Below, one piece after another: positions 23,652-36,404 of a stretch of DNA of 64,000 bases. The stretch is taken from the NCBI GenBank assembly GCA_043228905.1, contig JBHGNT010000003.1, positions 2,542,001 to 2,606,000 of the forward strand, given 5' to 3'. Numbering within the stretch: position 1 is the first letter of the stretch; each line of letters starts with the position of its first letter. Source of the stretch: Azolla caroliniana. Taxonomy: Eukaryota; Plantae; Polypodiophyta. The position numbers and the translations under genes were made by a program. The notes under the pieces were generated by a model. That model was not told the DNA's origin, searched no databases, and saw only the letters and a program-made list of their open reading frames with translations.

Positions 23652-24714
23652 TTGGCGTGTAAGGTTGGATTCCTTGTTGATATTCTCTTAAACTTCCTCT
23701 TCTTGTAGGAGATAAGAACAGAGAGGAAATTTGGAGGGAGAGGAGGGAGGAGAAGAAGATAAGAATGTATTGAAGAGAGGCCACAATCTGTTACTATGTC
23801 TTTCGCTGTAGATTAATCAAGGAGCTTACTTAAAAGAAAATCAAGGAGCTTACTTCAAAGAAAATCCTCCACACTATCTGAAATTGTACAAGAATTAACT
23901 AACAATTGAATAGAGTACAGATAGAGAGATTGTAGATTGTCTGAGGAATGCTAGTTAACCTTCCACAAGAAAGTCTAGCAACAAAGACCAGTTTGACCCA
24001 TGTACTTGCGTTCGGTAGAGGCCCAAGGGCTTATACGCTGCAGGATCTAATTACTGAAATCATTGAGGTTAACGGTAACTAATTATCACAAAGTGATTTA
24101 CAAAATCATTTCATTTTACAGCCCTTTATTTGAGAATGGCAATTCATTTTACAGCTCTTCCGACAAATTTGGGGATTGATGATCTTCACTTTCTCACAAG
24201 GGACGCCTGAAAGCATTGATTCTGCTTATTGAACATCTGAGGTTGCTCCTGTAGAGCCATGGTGTCTATCCTGTTTAGAAGAATTTCATTATTTCATGCT
24301 ACAGAGATCATGTTTTATCCTCCCAGAAAAGCTAGATGGAGCCGACTGTTACAAAGACTTCGTGCCCGTTCGGCCTGCTAATTCTGCGACGTTCGTTTGC
24401 CTCAAAACCCTAAATTTTTTCATCTTAAGTAAATCCTTCATCTGTTTTTCTTGTTCTCCCCCTAGAGAAGAATGTGAGAATGATGAAGGCAGACGCAGGG
24501 ACGAATGAAACAAAACGGAAACAGAATTCTGATGCAAACAAAATGCAGATAGAGAAGAGATGGTGAGAATAAGAGATAAAGATCTGCAGAAGAAAACATG
24601 AAACAGATTGATGAATGAGATAAAGAAGAAAAAGAAACAAAAGACAAAACATTGGTATATAATGAAAGAGAGCAAAGAGATCATATAGATAAGAATAGCT
24701 TCCACTAGGAGTCA

Positions 24715-24950
24715 GCAAAGGCTTGGTTCAAGCCTGAACCGAACCGTCAAACCGCTTTTAAACGGTTTTGTGGTTGCCGATTCTATTCGGTTCAGTTCAG
24801 GCTTGATGTTCCTTAACCAGTATTGGGCTCAGTTTGGAATGGCTCAAGCCAAACTGAACCGTTTTGGTCAAACCAGTTGGAGCATAATCAACGAGGCTAC
24901 CGGTTTATGCTTAATCGATTTGGCGAAACCGATTAGCCTTAACTGGTATA
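24715..24950. repeat. AACCG/CGGTT-rich MITE-like remnant (similar patch at about 25950-26170)
   Basis: Clustered gaaccgaaccg, aaaccg, cggttc and aacggtt motifs in both orientations. Confidence 0.45.
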
Positions 24951-25079
24951 GGAATTTTGTGGATTTTGTGGATAGACAAACACGGTAGTAGAATATGCAT
25001 TTGAAGTGATGCCTTAGATTCTATGGATTTCCGAAAGTTCTCTATGATTGAATATTGTGTGCATACTTTGTATGATGAC

Positions 25080-26962
25080 AACTGAATCCACTCATCTAAG
25101 ACAAGACAACTCTTTGATGCGAATTTTGGTCCTCGCAACATGAAGAAATGTTTACCGTTTGCTTTTCCAAGATATTGCAACACAACCAAATATAAAGACC
25201 ATGCCTAATGTTGAGCATGAGGAAGTGATTGACATTAAATTTTGGCAAGTACTCTTTATATGTTATGAAGGCATGGAAAGCATCCACCTTATTCATGATG
25301 AAGTACATAAATTTATAGTCAACTTTTGAAGTCATAAATAAATGTAATAAAATATGGGTTTAAAGGTATTCAAAGCAGCCCCTATAGGTCAATAACTATA
25401 ATGACGTAGCCGACTATGAAGAAATTCGAACCAACCTGCATAGTTTGGATTGAATGATTTGAAGTGGCCTTTCAATTTGATGAACATAGTGAGAAAATTG
25501 TTGTCTACATTCTTTCACGTAGATGCATCCTTCTCGTATTGATAATTTATTGAAATGATTTATTTGGTATACCTTCCACAAGTTTGTGTTGAATCGCCTC
25601 CATTTATTTTGATTCTGGATATAGATGGCCTAGGCCATGGTGCCATATCAAGGTTTAATCATCTTGTTGATGGCTTGAAGCTATTTACACATCAATTGGC
25701 AAACTGTCCATCATCGTTAATGGATATAATTTTCCCCTGTTTTAATTAACTCTCTTATGGGTAACTTATAACAAATTATAGCACATTTCTAATGAAATTC
25801 TATTTTTCTTTCATTTTTATGTAGCTACATTTACCAATACTAAGTTATTTGGTAATTTTAGGAGCCTAGGACAAAGCTATTAGTTACACATACTTTAGGT
25901 CAAGCCTCATAATATCTATCAAACATAATAGTACCAAAATCAGGTTAGAACTTAGTACTAACGATGGGCCAAATTTCGGCTCAAACCGAATTAAACCGTT
26001 AAGCCATGGTTTAAAGGTTTAGCAGATTATCAGTTCCAAGAAAATTTAATGGTTTGGTTGGGTTTAGTTTGAGTTATAAAAAATGGTTTACTTTGGTTCT
26101 AAAACTCAAGTTTATCGGTTTATAGGTTTGATTTAAAGATTTATGGGTTTTTGGTGAACTTTTTGATTTAAAGCTACTATGCATAGTGATGAATGTTCCC
26201 CAAGATTCGGGGAGTTTGCTTAGTACTAATCCATTATTGATGTCTTCTGAGATGCAATTACTGACGGTAGTTGCATCATCCATGGCAGCCTCCCAGGTTG
26301 ATAAGAAGGTAGGGACATCTTCTTCTTCATGTAAAACAAACATATTAAACAGGATAGCTAAGATGTGAAGTTTAGTTGTACCATCTTGAGGTTAGTATAG
26401 TTTCTTCAATTTTGCCCACATTGCAGATACAAATGTGAGTTTTCAAATAACTTCTGACTGTTTTTCATCTACACTTCATATTATCTCTTATCTAGCTCTT
26501 TTATCTAGTTTTCGCCAAACCTTCCATTCATTTGACTTTTAATTTTTAGGTTTTGGATTGGCGCCAATCGTGACTTTGAGGAACTCAACATCAAGTAGAA
26601 GCTCCATCTGAGTCTTCCATGTTTTGTAGTTTTTCTCTGTCAATTTGTCCAAGGTATATTTTCTGCCTGAGTTTGGCATAGTGATAGTACTAAGGTTTGT
26701 TTATCTGAAATAATCTGTGGAGAGTTTTGTTGGTTATAGAGAAGTATGAGATTCAGATCGTGGAACCTCGCTTTGATACCATGTAAGAAAAGTTAGAACA
26801 TAATGGAATGGATTGACAAGAGAGAGGGAGAGTGAGAGAGAGTTTTGGGAACAATGTAGAACAAGGTATATATTATATTAAGACAGGTGTATTACAATAT
26901 AAGAATCTATAGGAACAACTCAAATGTAGTAACACACACAAAACTAAACAATACTTCATACA
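25080..26962 (-). mobile_element. Truncated degenerate Ty1/copia element (5' LTR, PBS, gag, integrase debris)
   Basis: PBS TGGTATCAAAGCG abutting the LTR end at 26782; gag MPNSGRKYTLDKLTEKNYKTWKTQMELL...LSKLPESWGTF; integrase-like DYKFMYFIMNKVDAFHAFITYK. The right LTR boundary is approximate. Confidence 0.75.
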
Positions 26963-27707
26963 TATTGATATATGTGTGTGTGTGTGTGTGTACGTATACA
27001 TAGAACTTTAGAAGTGACGAGTAGCCATTACTTCTTTGCAACTATTGTTTTGTCTTTTTCTTATTGTTCTTGTGTACCTCTTATTTTGTCTCTACCCTCA
27101 TAAGTAATATTTTATCATTTTGTGGTGTAAGCAGGTAAGCTTAACATAACTATCCATCCAAGTAGAGTTTCTTACAACTCCTAAGCACTTTGCGAATGTA
27201 CAAACAAAAATTCATAAGTTTCCAAAGGTAGTCGAGGGTTCATTCGAGTTGTTCGTGGCTACAATTGTCCTCCAGTTTGATCTATTCTTTAGAAGCCAAT
27301 TTAACAAGGAGTAAAATCAAAAGATTCAATTCCCCTACTTTAGTCTAAGAAATTTTAATAGAATTTGTATGGGTTACATTCTCCAATAATCATGAATCAT
27401 GATGATGACTATGAGTGCTTCATAACATTGTCAATGCGTTTAATTAAAGATGTGTGAATTAAAGATTGGCATAGAACCTTTACAATAAGGAGTTGACTTT
27501 TTTATATCTGCGCGATTGTGGTTTCTCTCCATACATATGATTCTGGTATTCTTATCTTCATCTATCTCTGTCTCTATCTCTGTCTCATTTTTTCTCTCTA
27601 TTCTTATCTCCTGCAAGAAAAGAGTAGGAAATCAAGAAAGCATCAGGTTTGTGCCCAGACAAGAAGTTTAAGAGAATATCAACAAGGCAATCAAGCCTAC
27701 ACGTCAA

Positions 27708-29110
27708 ATGGATCCATTTGAAACTTTTCCTGAAGAAGAGAAATGGAGAAGACGGATGACAATAATTATCAATAAGAATGACGATGCTGGTGCAGATGTG
27801 TCCAATGAAAGTCCGATGATTTCGAGGCCTTCCCAAGCATTATTGGATGTAAAGCCAGAGTCATATTCCCCTCAGATCCTGACCATCGGGCCATTGTATG
27901 AAATGCTTGATGGGAGCCCTGCTCTTTATTATTGTAAGGCAACGTGTGTTAATAGGTTCAGGAAAAGACATCGGATATCAGATTTGGAACGGCTGATGCG
28001 ACGCTTCTTCTATGACCCTTCTGATCTTCAAAATCATTATTCAGGCCTTCCCAATTATAGTTCTCAGTCCCTCCAACTTTTGGTCACTGTCGATACCATC
28101 TTCATTTGTGAATTATTGCAGTTTGTGTATCTGTTCAATGACACGCCATCCGTACTAAAGGAATACGACTACTTCTACAACACACTCTTCAAAAATGGCA
28201 TCACAACCAAGCAAGTATTTAGAGATATGTTCTTGATGGGCAACCAAATTCCCATGTCATTTCTAGTTAAGCTGACTGAAAGGTTCTCAGAGGATGGATT
28301 CCTTCCTGGATTGTTTTATGTTATTGAAATGAATGACCCATTCTTTATCAGCCAGAGTTTCCCTAGAGAGTCTATCCCGACTTATGTAACTCATAGATTT
28401 ACTCATAGATTTCTCAATTGCAAACATCTACTTGATTGCCTATATGTTTGGGTCCTCGGAGAACCACAAACCATCCTTCCATGTAGATTTCCAAGACCAT
28501 GGAATATTTTCTGGCCGAAACAAGCAGATGCCAAGAAAACAAAATTTCGTGTGCGCCTGCCATCAGCGTCTCAGCTCTCTAAAGCCGGCATCTGGTTCAA
28601 GGGCATTGTAGGTGGCATATCGGTGATGCATTACAACCAGAGGAACCTTCGGTTCGATCTTCCACGGCTTGTCGTGTACAATGACACGGAGGATGTGCTG
28701 AGGAACCTCCTTGCGCATGAACAAACTTCCACAGATGGAGGTAAACTTACTAACTATGTGGTCACCATGGGCTCACTCATCGACACACCAGAGGATGTAG
28801 CGATCTTGACTAAGGCGGGAGTCATAGAGAATCACTTAGGGAATGATGAGAAGTTGATCAATATGTGGAATGACATGTGCACCACTGTCTCGATTCGATC
28901 ATGCAGAAGATGGGACGAAATTCCAGTCGATGTAATGTAGCAGTATCGAAGCCCCTCACATCCCGTGTATGTGGAGTTTCCTCGGCCATGGCTAACAATT
29001 TCGCTCCTTGCAGCATTTTTCTACTCTCATTACTCTCAATGTTTTTACACTGCTCCTATTCTCATTATTGCAGACAGGCTATACAGTCGCAGTCTATTAC
29101 CAATTTAAGC
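27708..29110 (+). pseudogene. DUF247 gene with late nonsense codon (410-aa ORF lacking the TM anchor)
   Basis: Full DUF247 motifs up to TAG at 28938-28940. The downstream sequence still encodes PVYVEF and PWLTISLL-like and LLLFSLLQTGYT-like pieces, with a deletion and frameshifts. Confidence 0.88.
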
Positions 29111-29889
29111 CCTACTGAACCTTAATCAAACCTTCACAAAAACCCTAGGACTAAAATAAAGAGGCTCAGAAACAATGGAGCGTGGAGGTTTGTTCATCCA
29201 TTTGGGATTTCATTGTACTTTATTTCTGTTATTTCTGCATTTGGAAACTCTTGGAAGATGTATTAGTAGTAGAAGGTAAATAAGTGACGAGGAAAATATT
29301 GGAAGAGTCTTAGGGACTCATAAAAACATGGTCGAATATGCTATTTGTAATCCGACATTGTACTTACGATAAATAATTGGTGATTACTGTATTATTGAGT
29401 ATCTGGTTACAAGCACTGGTTAAAATAAGCAAATCATCTTGTCCTCTCCCATGGTTTGGGTTTGTGCAAGACACTAATACATTTTTTCCCAACTTGGGAT
29501 GTTTTTTTATATGCAATGTTAGGATCCATTCTAAGTTACATTCTCTTCATTTCATCTGCAGAAGTGGATTAAGCCTTTCCTGTCTCTCTCTCTCTCTCTA
29601 ACCCCTCTTCTTAGGAAGGAATACATACAAGATGATACATATTGATTTGGACCCATAGATCAAATTTGGGCTGGTCATGGACCATAAACCGTCTACACTC
29701 TTTGTCTCTCAACAATTGCTTCAAACATGGTCATAAAAACAACCATCGGTTTTTCATAACACTCAATAAGACTTCGGTTGTTTTGACCTTGGCTTGTATG
29801 CTTACTCCTCCCTCTCTCAACCATCGTTGGCTTACTTCTAAATTATTTGTTGCAAGGATTGGATAATATGGATTTAAGCTTTAATTAAG

Positions 29890-31420
29890 TTATTGTGTTG
29901 TCCATTCCCAATGAAATATACCTTGTATCAATCTCATTAGATAATCAATAATGTTAGGCTACCATTAGAGTGTTCAATTGTAGTCATACAATGCGTAACC
30001 AAAATCTAGAAGCTTCAACTTATTTTGTTGGATGCAAATACTGCTATTTGATTCACAGCCGGCAGGGGATAACTCAGGCCTTGCTCCTGAGCCATAAGGA
30101 AAGATTTGACCTTTGTGCTTACAACCTTGATGACTTTCGATTGAGAAAAAGGTTGGACACAAATGTGCTTATGGTTGAATGTGTGTATTGGATTTTGAGT
30201 ACTGCAAGTGACATCAAGATTTCCATTTCCGAACAGGAGAAGAATTTATGACCTGCTAAGGAAATAGAATGAATATAATTCGTGATTTGGTGACCCCCAC
30301 GAATCATTTTCATCCCATCGGGAAAGGTAATGATTTGCAGCATTAGGATTGCTTTTAACATTATCATGCCATTTTCCATAGAAAGCAAATATTCCATTTC
30401 ATCTTTTAGTCCAATCCTCTACAATTTCAGAAATCTCATGGGTAAAATCAACTCTATGCTCGAATACATACCAATGTCAACTCCTTATTGTAAAGGATTG
30501 TGCATGTCCAAGGAGATTCCTGAACACATGTTCCCTGCCATTCTTTAATTTATAATCTCATTTACGCGAGCTTGATGTTGATTTTAGAGATAACGTTTTT
30601 GATTTTTTAATGATGGGCCGACCTTTTGAAGCAAAGTTGTTTGTTGTTTAGTTTGTCGCTCTTTGTTGATTAATGATAGTAAATACAGTATTGATCGTGA
30701 TATATGGAAGAGTTAAAGCAATATTTAACCTCATCCCTGAACCATATGAACCGCTGCCTGCCCCAATTATAACTAGAGAAAAGTTCAGTTTGATCTTCCA
30801 CAACTGATAGTGGATCATGAGACACAAATTACTGTATGATACCATTGTATAGTCTATTAGAACAAGTTGCAGACAGTAAAAGAGACAGAAAATGTAGAAC
30901 ATAGAGCATAAATGGCCTTGACCTTAATTGTCCAAAGTAAAAAAAAAAAATTAAGACTAAACCGAACATTGTAGTGACCCACAATTTCAAGGTGGAAATG
31001 AGCCTCGCCAAATGGATTTCAGAATCACAATGTCTGAAATCTATCACGAGTTATATTGTGTTGTCCATTCCCAATGAAGTATACCTTGTATCAATCTCAT
31101 TAGACAATCAATAATATTAGGCTACCATTAGAGTGCCCAATCGAAGCCATTCAATGCGTAACCAAAATCTATGAGCTTTAACTTATTTTGTTGGATGCAA
31201 CCTAGAGATTGATAGCGTGCTGGTCTGCAATGCAAATACTCATATTTTGATTCACGGTCAGTGGCCGGGGATGATTCAGGCATTGGTCATTAGCCATAAG
31301 GCGATATTTGACCTTTGCACTTCAGACCTTGATGATTGCCGATTGAAAGAGAAGGTGGGACACAAATGTGCTTATGGTTGAATATACAGATTAGAAAGTA
31401 ATGCTCACTACATCAAGATT
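29890..31420. repeat. Non-coding direct duplication of about 350 bp (29890-30240 / 31050-31420)
   Basis: ttgtgttgtccattcccaatgaa.tataccttgtatcaatctcattaga...ggacacaaatgtgcttatggttgaat occurs twice; related sequence at about 41830-41980. Confidence 0.85.
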
Positions 31421-31773
31421 TCCTTTTTCAGCAAATACAATGGCTACATATTACTTATCAATGCCAATTGTCTTAGGTTGAGCTCTTGCGTAAATTTTGG
31501 CTGTGCATTGTCTAAAATTTGGCTATCCATTGTATGCCTACAAGTGGGGGATCAATGTGTTCGTGATTGTCTAATGAGACTCCTACAAAACGTAGTTCAT
31601 TTTAATAGGAAAAGGGCGAGATGATTGCTTGTTTAACCAGTGCCTGTAATAACGAATTACTCGATAATACATAAATCACCTCGAATTATTAATTAGAAAG
31701 TACAGAATATGGGATTAGAACTACCATCTTTAACCATGTTTTTTTTTTCCATAAACTGTTATTTACATCTTCG

Positions 31774-34700
31774 TGTAAATATGTGAGATTACAAAGTTTC
31801 TATGTATAAAAACGCCCTACATGATGATTCTTATTGATGGTAAATATATAGGTACAATCTTGGAAAGCAATTACATATGAACCTTCACGGTTCTTGAAGT
31901 AAAAACAGTTACATGTGAACCTTCATGGTTCTTTATTCATGTTAAGTATTTTCTAATATCCTAATATATATATTGCTTACATTAATAATGTTGTAACACC
32001 CCTTAAGGTAAGCAATTTATTTCTTCTTAGGGTTTAGTAAACTAAGGCCAATTTTAGAACAACACAACCAATGCTTTTGGCTTGAGACGGGTTTCGTTAA
32101 GAAATCAGCCCACATGGTGGTTGTTGAAGTGTATTGTAAAATCATTTCTATAGCTACTACCAATTCTCTTATAAAGTGATGTTGAGCTCTAATAATTTTG
32201 TTTTGATCTATGATCTTTGGGTTTTCAGCTAACTTTATACACTATTGATTGTCACAATAGATCTTCATTTCTGAGAGTTTGAAAATGTCAAGCTCTTCAA
32301 TAATTGTCTTAATCCAGATTCCTTCTTTGGGTGTGAGAGCTGTTGCTACATACTCTCCTTTAGTACTTGATAGCGCCACCGAAGTTTGTCTTTTACTTCG
32401 CCATGCTATAGCACCTCCAACAAATGTGAAGAGCATACCAGAGGTTGATCGAGAGGTGTCAATATCCCCTCCCCAATCAGAATCCACCCAACCTTGCAGG
32501 GGAGCATGAAGCCATCCGTTGAATTGGGATGAATTCTGGAATTGGAAGTTGCGGTAGGTATGTACCATGTCTTTGGTATGTTGTAGGTAGCGGAGAACCC
32601 GCTTTAGGGCTTGCCAATGTGCTATTCCAGGATTTTGCATAAACCTATATAGAAAACCCGCACAAAAAGATAGATTTGGTTGTGTACAACTTACCAAATA
32701 CCTGACACTTCCTAAAATTTGGCGATATGGAAGCGATGCCATGATTTTCTCGTCCATTATAGTTTGTGGACTATCATTAGAAGATAGTTTGCATGGTACT
32801 GTCATTGGTGTTTAGGTTTGCAATCAGCCATGTCAAATTTCTTTAATATATCTTCCACCAACTTCTTTTGTGAAAGAGTGAGAGTACATTCCATTCGATT
32901 TCTAGTTACTTTGATACCAAGGCAAAACTCCATTGGTCCTAAGTCTTTGACTGGAAACTTCATTTTTAGTTGGGAGATGGTCTTCCTCATAGCATTAATT
33001 GAATTTGAAGCAATAGGGAGGTCATCAACATATACACCAAGAAGTATAAAATTTTTACCTTCCTTTCGGATGCATAACTTTGGTTCTGCTTGAAGACGTT
33101 TGAATCCAATAGATTCAAGATAAGTATGTAGCTTCAAATGCCACATTCTAGGTGATTGTTGGAGACCGTATAAGGATTTCTTGAGTTTGCACATATGATG
33201 AGGATTCTTTGGATCTACAAAGAAGGGACGTTGCTCCATATAAATTTCCTCATTCAAGCCACCATGAAGGAAAGCCGTTTCTACATCAAGATGGTGTAAT
33301 TCTAGGTTTAAGCCAACACTTATAGCAAACATAAACCTTAGCGGAACTACTTTAAGAGTTGGGGCAAAAGTGGTTGTGAAGTCAAGACCTGGAACTTGTG
33401 AAAAACCTCAAGCAACATGCCGTGCCTTGTGTCGAAGTAGAGCTCCTAGTGAATCAAACTTCTTGGTCAAAACCCATTTGTTTGAGATGATATTTTGGTT
33501 TTCTGGAGGTTTAACAATTTCCCGAGTGCCATTCTTTAGCAAAGCATCAATCTCAAGTTGCATTTCTTCTTTCCACTTGACACTATCCGGTCCATGAATG
33601 GCTTCTTTAGCACTAAGGGAAAAATTATCATCATCAAGAATTTCTAAATCATCTTGTGCAAAATCCACTTCGGGAGAAAGATCAGCCATTAGTGCTTCTA
33701 ATGGTTCAATGATGTCCATAATTTCTTTCAAGCTTCTAAACTTAGATCTCCTTGTGGGAAGACAAGGGTAAGCATCTTCATCACCAAGCAATTCAAGATC
33801 AAGATTTGGCTCCAAATGGGAGGAAACTAAGGAAACATCTTCAGGGGATGTAAAAACTATATTAAAATGGAACCCTAATTTTGAATCAGAGGGAGAATGC
33901 CAAGATTTTCCTAAGTTTTCAAGATTTGTTGTAGAATCAATTGTTTCATTAGTTGAGTAATGAGATATTGGTTCACCATCATTTTTTATTGTTATGTCCT
34001 TATTGTTTACAGCTGAGAAGGGTGTCGATGCAGATGCATGATCCATCGCTGGAATTGTAGTGGCAAATACGAGACCTATTGTTGTTGTTGTTTGTCTTCT
34101 CAGAAGCACCTTTGGAACTGTTGATGTTATCATAGGAACTTTTGTTGTTGCCACCGGAACTGTCGTTGTCGATGTTGAAACTACTGGTTGTTACCACTCT
34201 ACTAATGTCATTTCAAGGTTGTATTCTCCTCCATTCTTAGAGGTTCTTCAATATATCTTCTTTCTTTTCTCAAGTCATTTCCATTGTTCACATGCAATCG
34301 ATTCTCCATGTCTTGCATTTCCATTTTTCCATGTGATAGTTCATTGTTGTAGAATAGAGCATCTTCATAAAATGTCACAGACCTACTAAATATAAACTTT
34401 TGATTGCTAGGATCAAATAGTTTGTATCCTTTCACACCTGCAGCCTCACCATATCCAACCATGATACATTTCTTCGCATGTGGATCCAACTTCTTCCTTT
34501 TCTCGTGTGGTATGTGACTATATGCAATCGAACCGAACACTCTTAAGTTTGAATATTTTGGTTTATGTCCAAACCAAACCATGTATGGTGTGTGGAGACC
34601 TAGCACTTTGTGTGGCGATCTATTTGGTAAATAGCATGATGTAGCTACTGCCTCTTGCCAAAACCGATGTTCAAGTCTTACCACTTGCAACATGCTTCTA

Positions 34701-36310
34701 CTTGCATCTAGTAGTGTTCTATTCTTTCTTTCTGCCACTCCGTTGTATTGTGGCTTGTGTAGTACATTGAACTCATGTCTGATGCCATGTACATTGCAGA
34801 AATTCTGCCACCATTATCTGACCTAACGCTGTTGATTTTACTTTGACATTAATTTTCAGCCATGGATTTATAATAGGTAAAAGCTTGGAAGGCTTCAAAC
34901 TTTTTCTTTAAAAAATAAAGCCTGGTAAATCTACTAAAGTCATCGATGAATGAAATGAAATGAAATAGTGATTACCGGAAATTGATTTCTTTTGGAATGG
35001 ACCACAGAAGTCCGAATGTACTAATTACAACTTTCTTTCAGATCAGCGTTTGTTGAGGGGAAACTTCTGTCTCGTTTGTTTCCCATAAATACATCCTTCA
35101 CAAAGTGAAAGGTATGTAAATGGTTGTGTTGCCATACCCTCTCCAAGCTTATGAATTTGACATGTCTTCATGACTCTTGGATGTCGATTTCCGAGCCGAT
35201 AATGCCATAGTAAAGTATGATCAACTTGAGAGTTTCTTGAGGCAATGTGTGCTTCAATTGGTGTTTTGTCCATAGCTTGAAGGGGGTAAAGTCTTCCATG
35301 TTTTGGAGACACTATCTTTACAACTTTTCTTGATGGTAAGGTATATTTGATAATTGCACAATTGTGATGAAATTCAATTATTGTACCATTTGTAGTGGCT
35401 TCCCTTACAAACTACAAGTTCTTCGCCAAGCCAAGAACATAGTATACATTGGATATACTAATTGTTTGCTCATTGTCTATTGACAGATGAACTGTTCCCT
35501 TTCCTAAAGCCAACTTGATTGCATTGTCACAAAATCGAACTTCCAAAGATGTAGGAAGTTGGATGTAATCATGAAGAAGGTTTCTGCTATGGGTAAGATG
35601 ATGGGTTGCACCTATATCAAACAACCATAAATTTTCCACATTGAAGTTCTGATTGGTTGCCACAAATTCTTGGATAAAAGGGTCATTATCTTCTTGTTGG
35701 TTTTGTACTGAGGCTGTATGAACATGTGTCGAGTTTCTTTTACTCTTATTCCTGTAATCGTATTGCTTCTTTCTGTAGTCTCTTTCCATGTGACCCGCCT
35801 TACCACAATATCGACAAATGATTTGAGAGGAAATACTAAGGTTACCTGATTTTTTATTCTGGAACGATTTTTTATTGTGGACCTTGTTTCCATCATGTAT
35901 AATTGGTATGTTCTTTGTATACTTATTATTGTTTTGGAATTTGTTTCTATTAAAGTTACATCTTTGATACTTCATTGTTGATGTTGTTGTTGAGGTCGTT
36001 GATGTTCCTTCACTCGAAACCATTTCTGCAGACCTTCCGGATCGACCTGTAGAGAATGCTTAGAGAGAAAATGGTTATCTAGGATTGTTTTGGCTCTGAT
36101 ACCATGTAAATATGTATAAAAACGCCCTACATGATGATTCTTATTGATGGTAAATATATAGGTACAATCTTGGAAAGCAGTTACATATGAACCTTCATGG
36201 TTCTTAAAGTAAAAACAGGTACATGTGAACCTTCATGGTTCTTTATTCATGGTAAGTATTTTCTAATATCCTAATATATATATATTGCTTACATTAATAA
36301 TGTTCTAACA
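31774..36310 (-). mobile_element. Full-length defective Ty1/copia LTR retrotransposon
   Basis: LTRs 36105-36310 and 31774-31998 (TG...CA); TSD CTTCG at 31769-31773 and 36311-36315; PBS TGGTATCAGAGCCA (tRNA-iMet) at 36091-36104; PPT TTAAGGGG. Zinc knuckle, protease WLFDIGATHH, integrase AERKNRTLL, RT HHLDVETAFL/YVDD and RNase H VDSDWGGD are split by frameshifts. Confidence 0.97.
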
Positions 36311-36404
36311 CTTCGAAGAGTCACAAGCTCCAAATGAAAAATTAACTGATCTAAAGTAAATGAAATCCCAAAGGAATGAAAAATAAGAGAAGTAAAAAGC
36401 TTCT

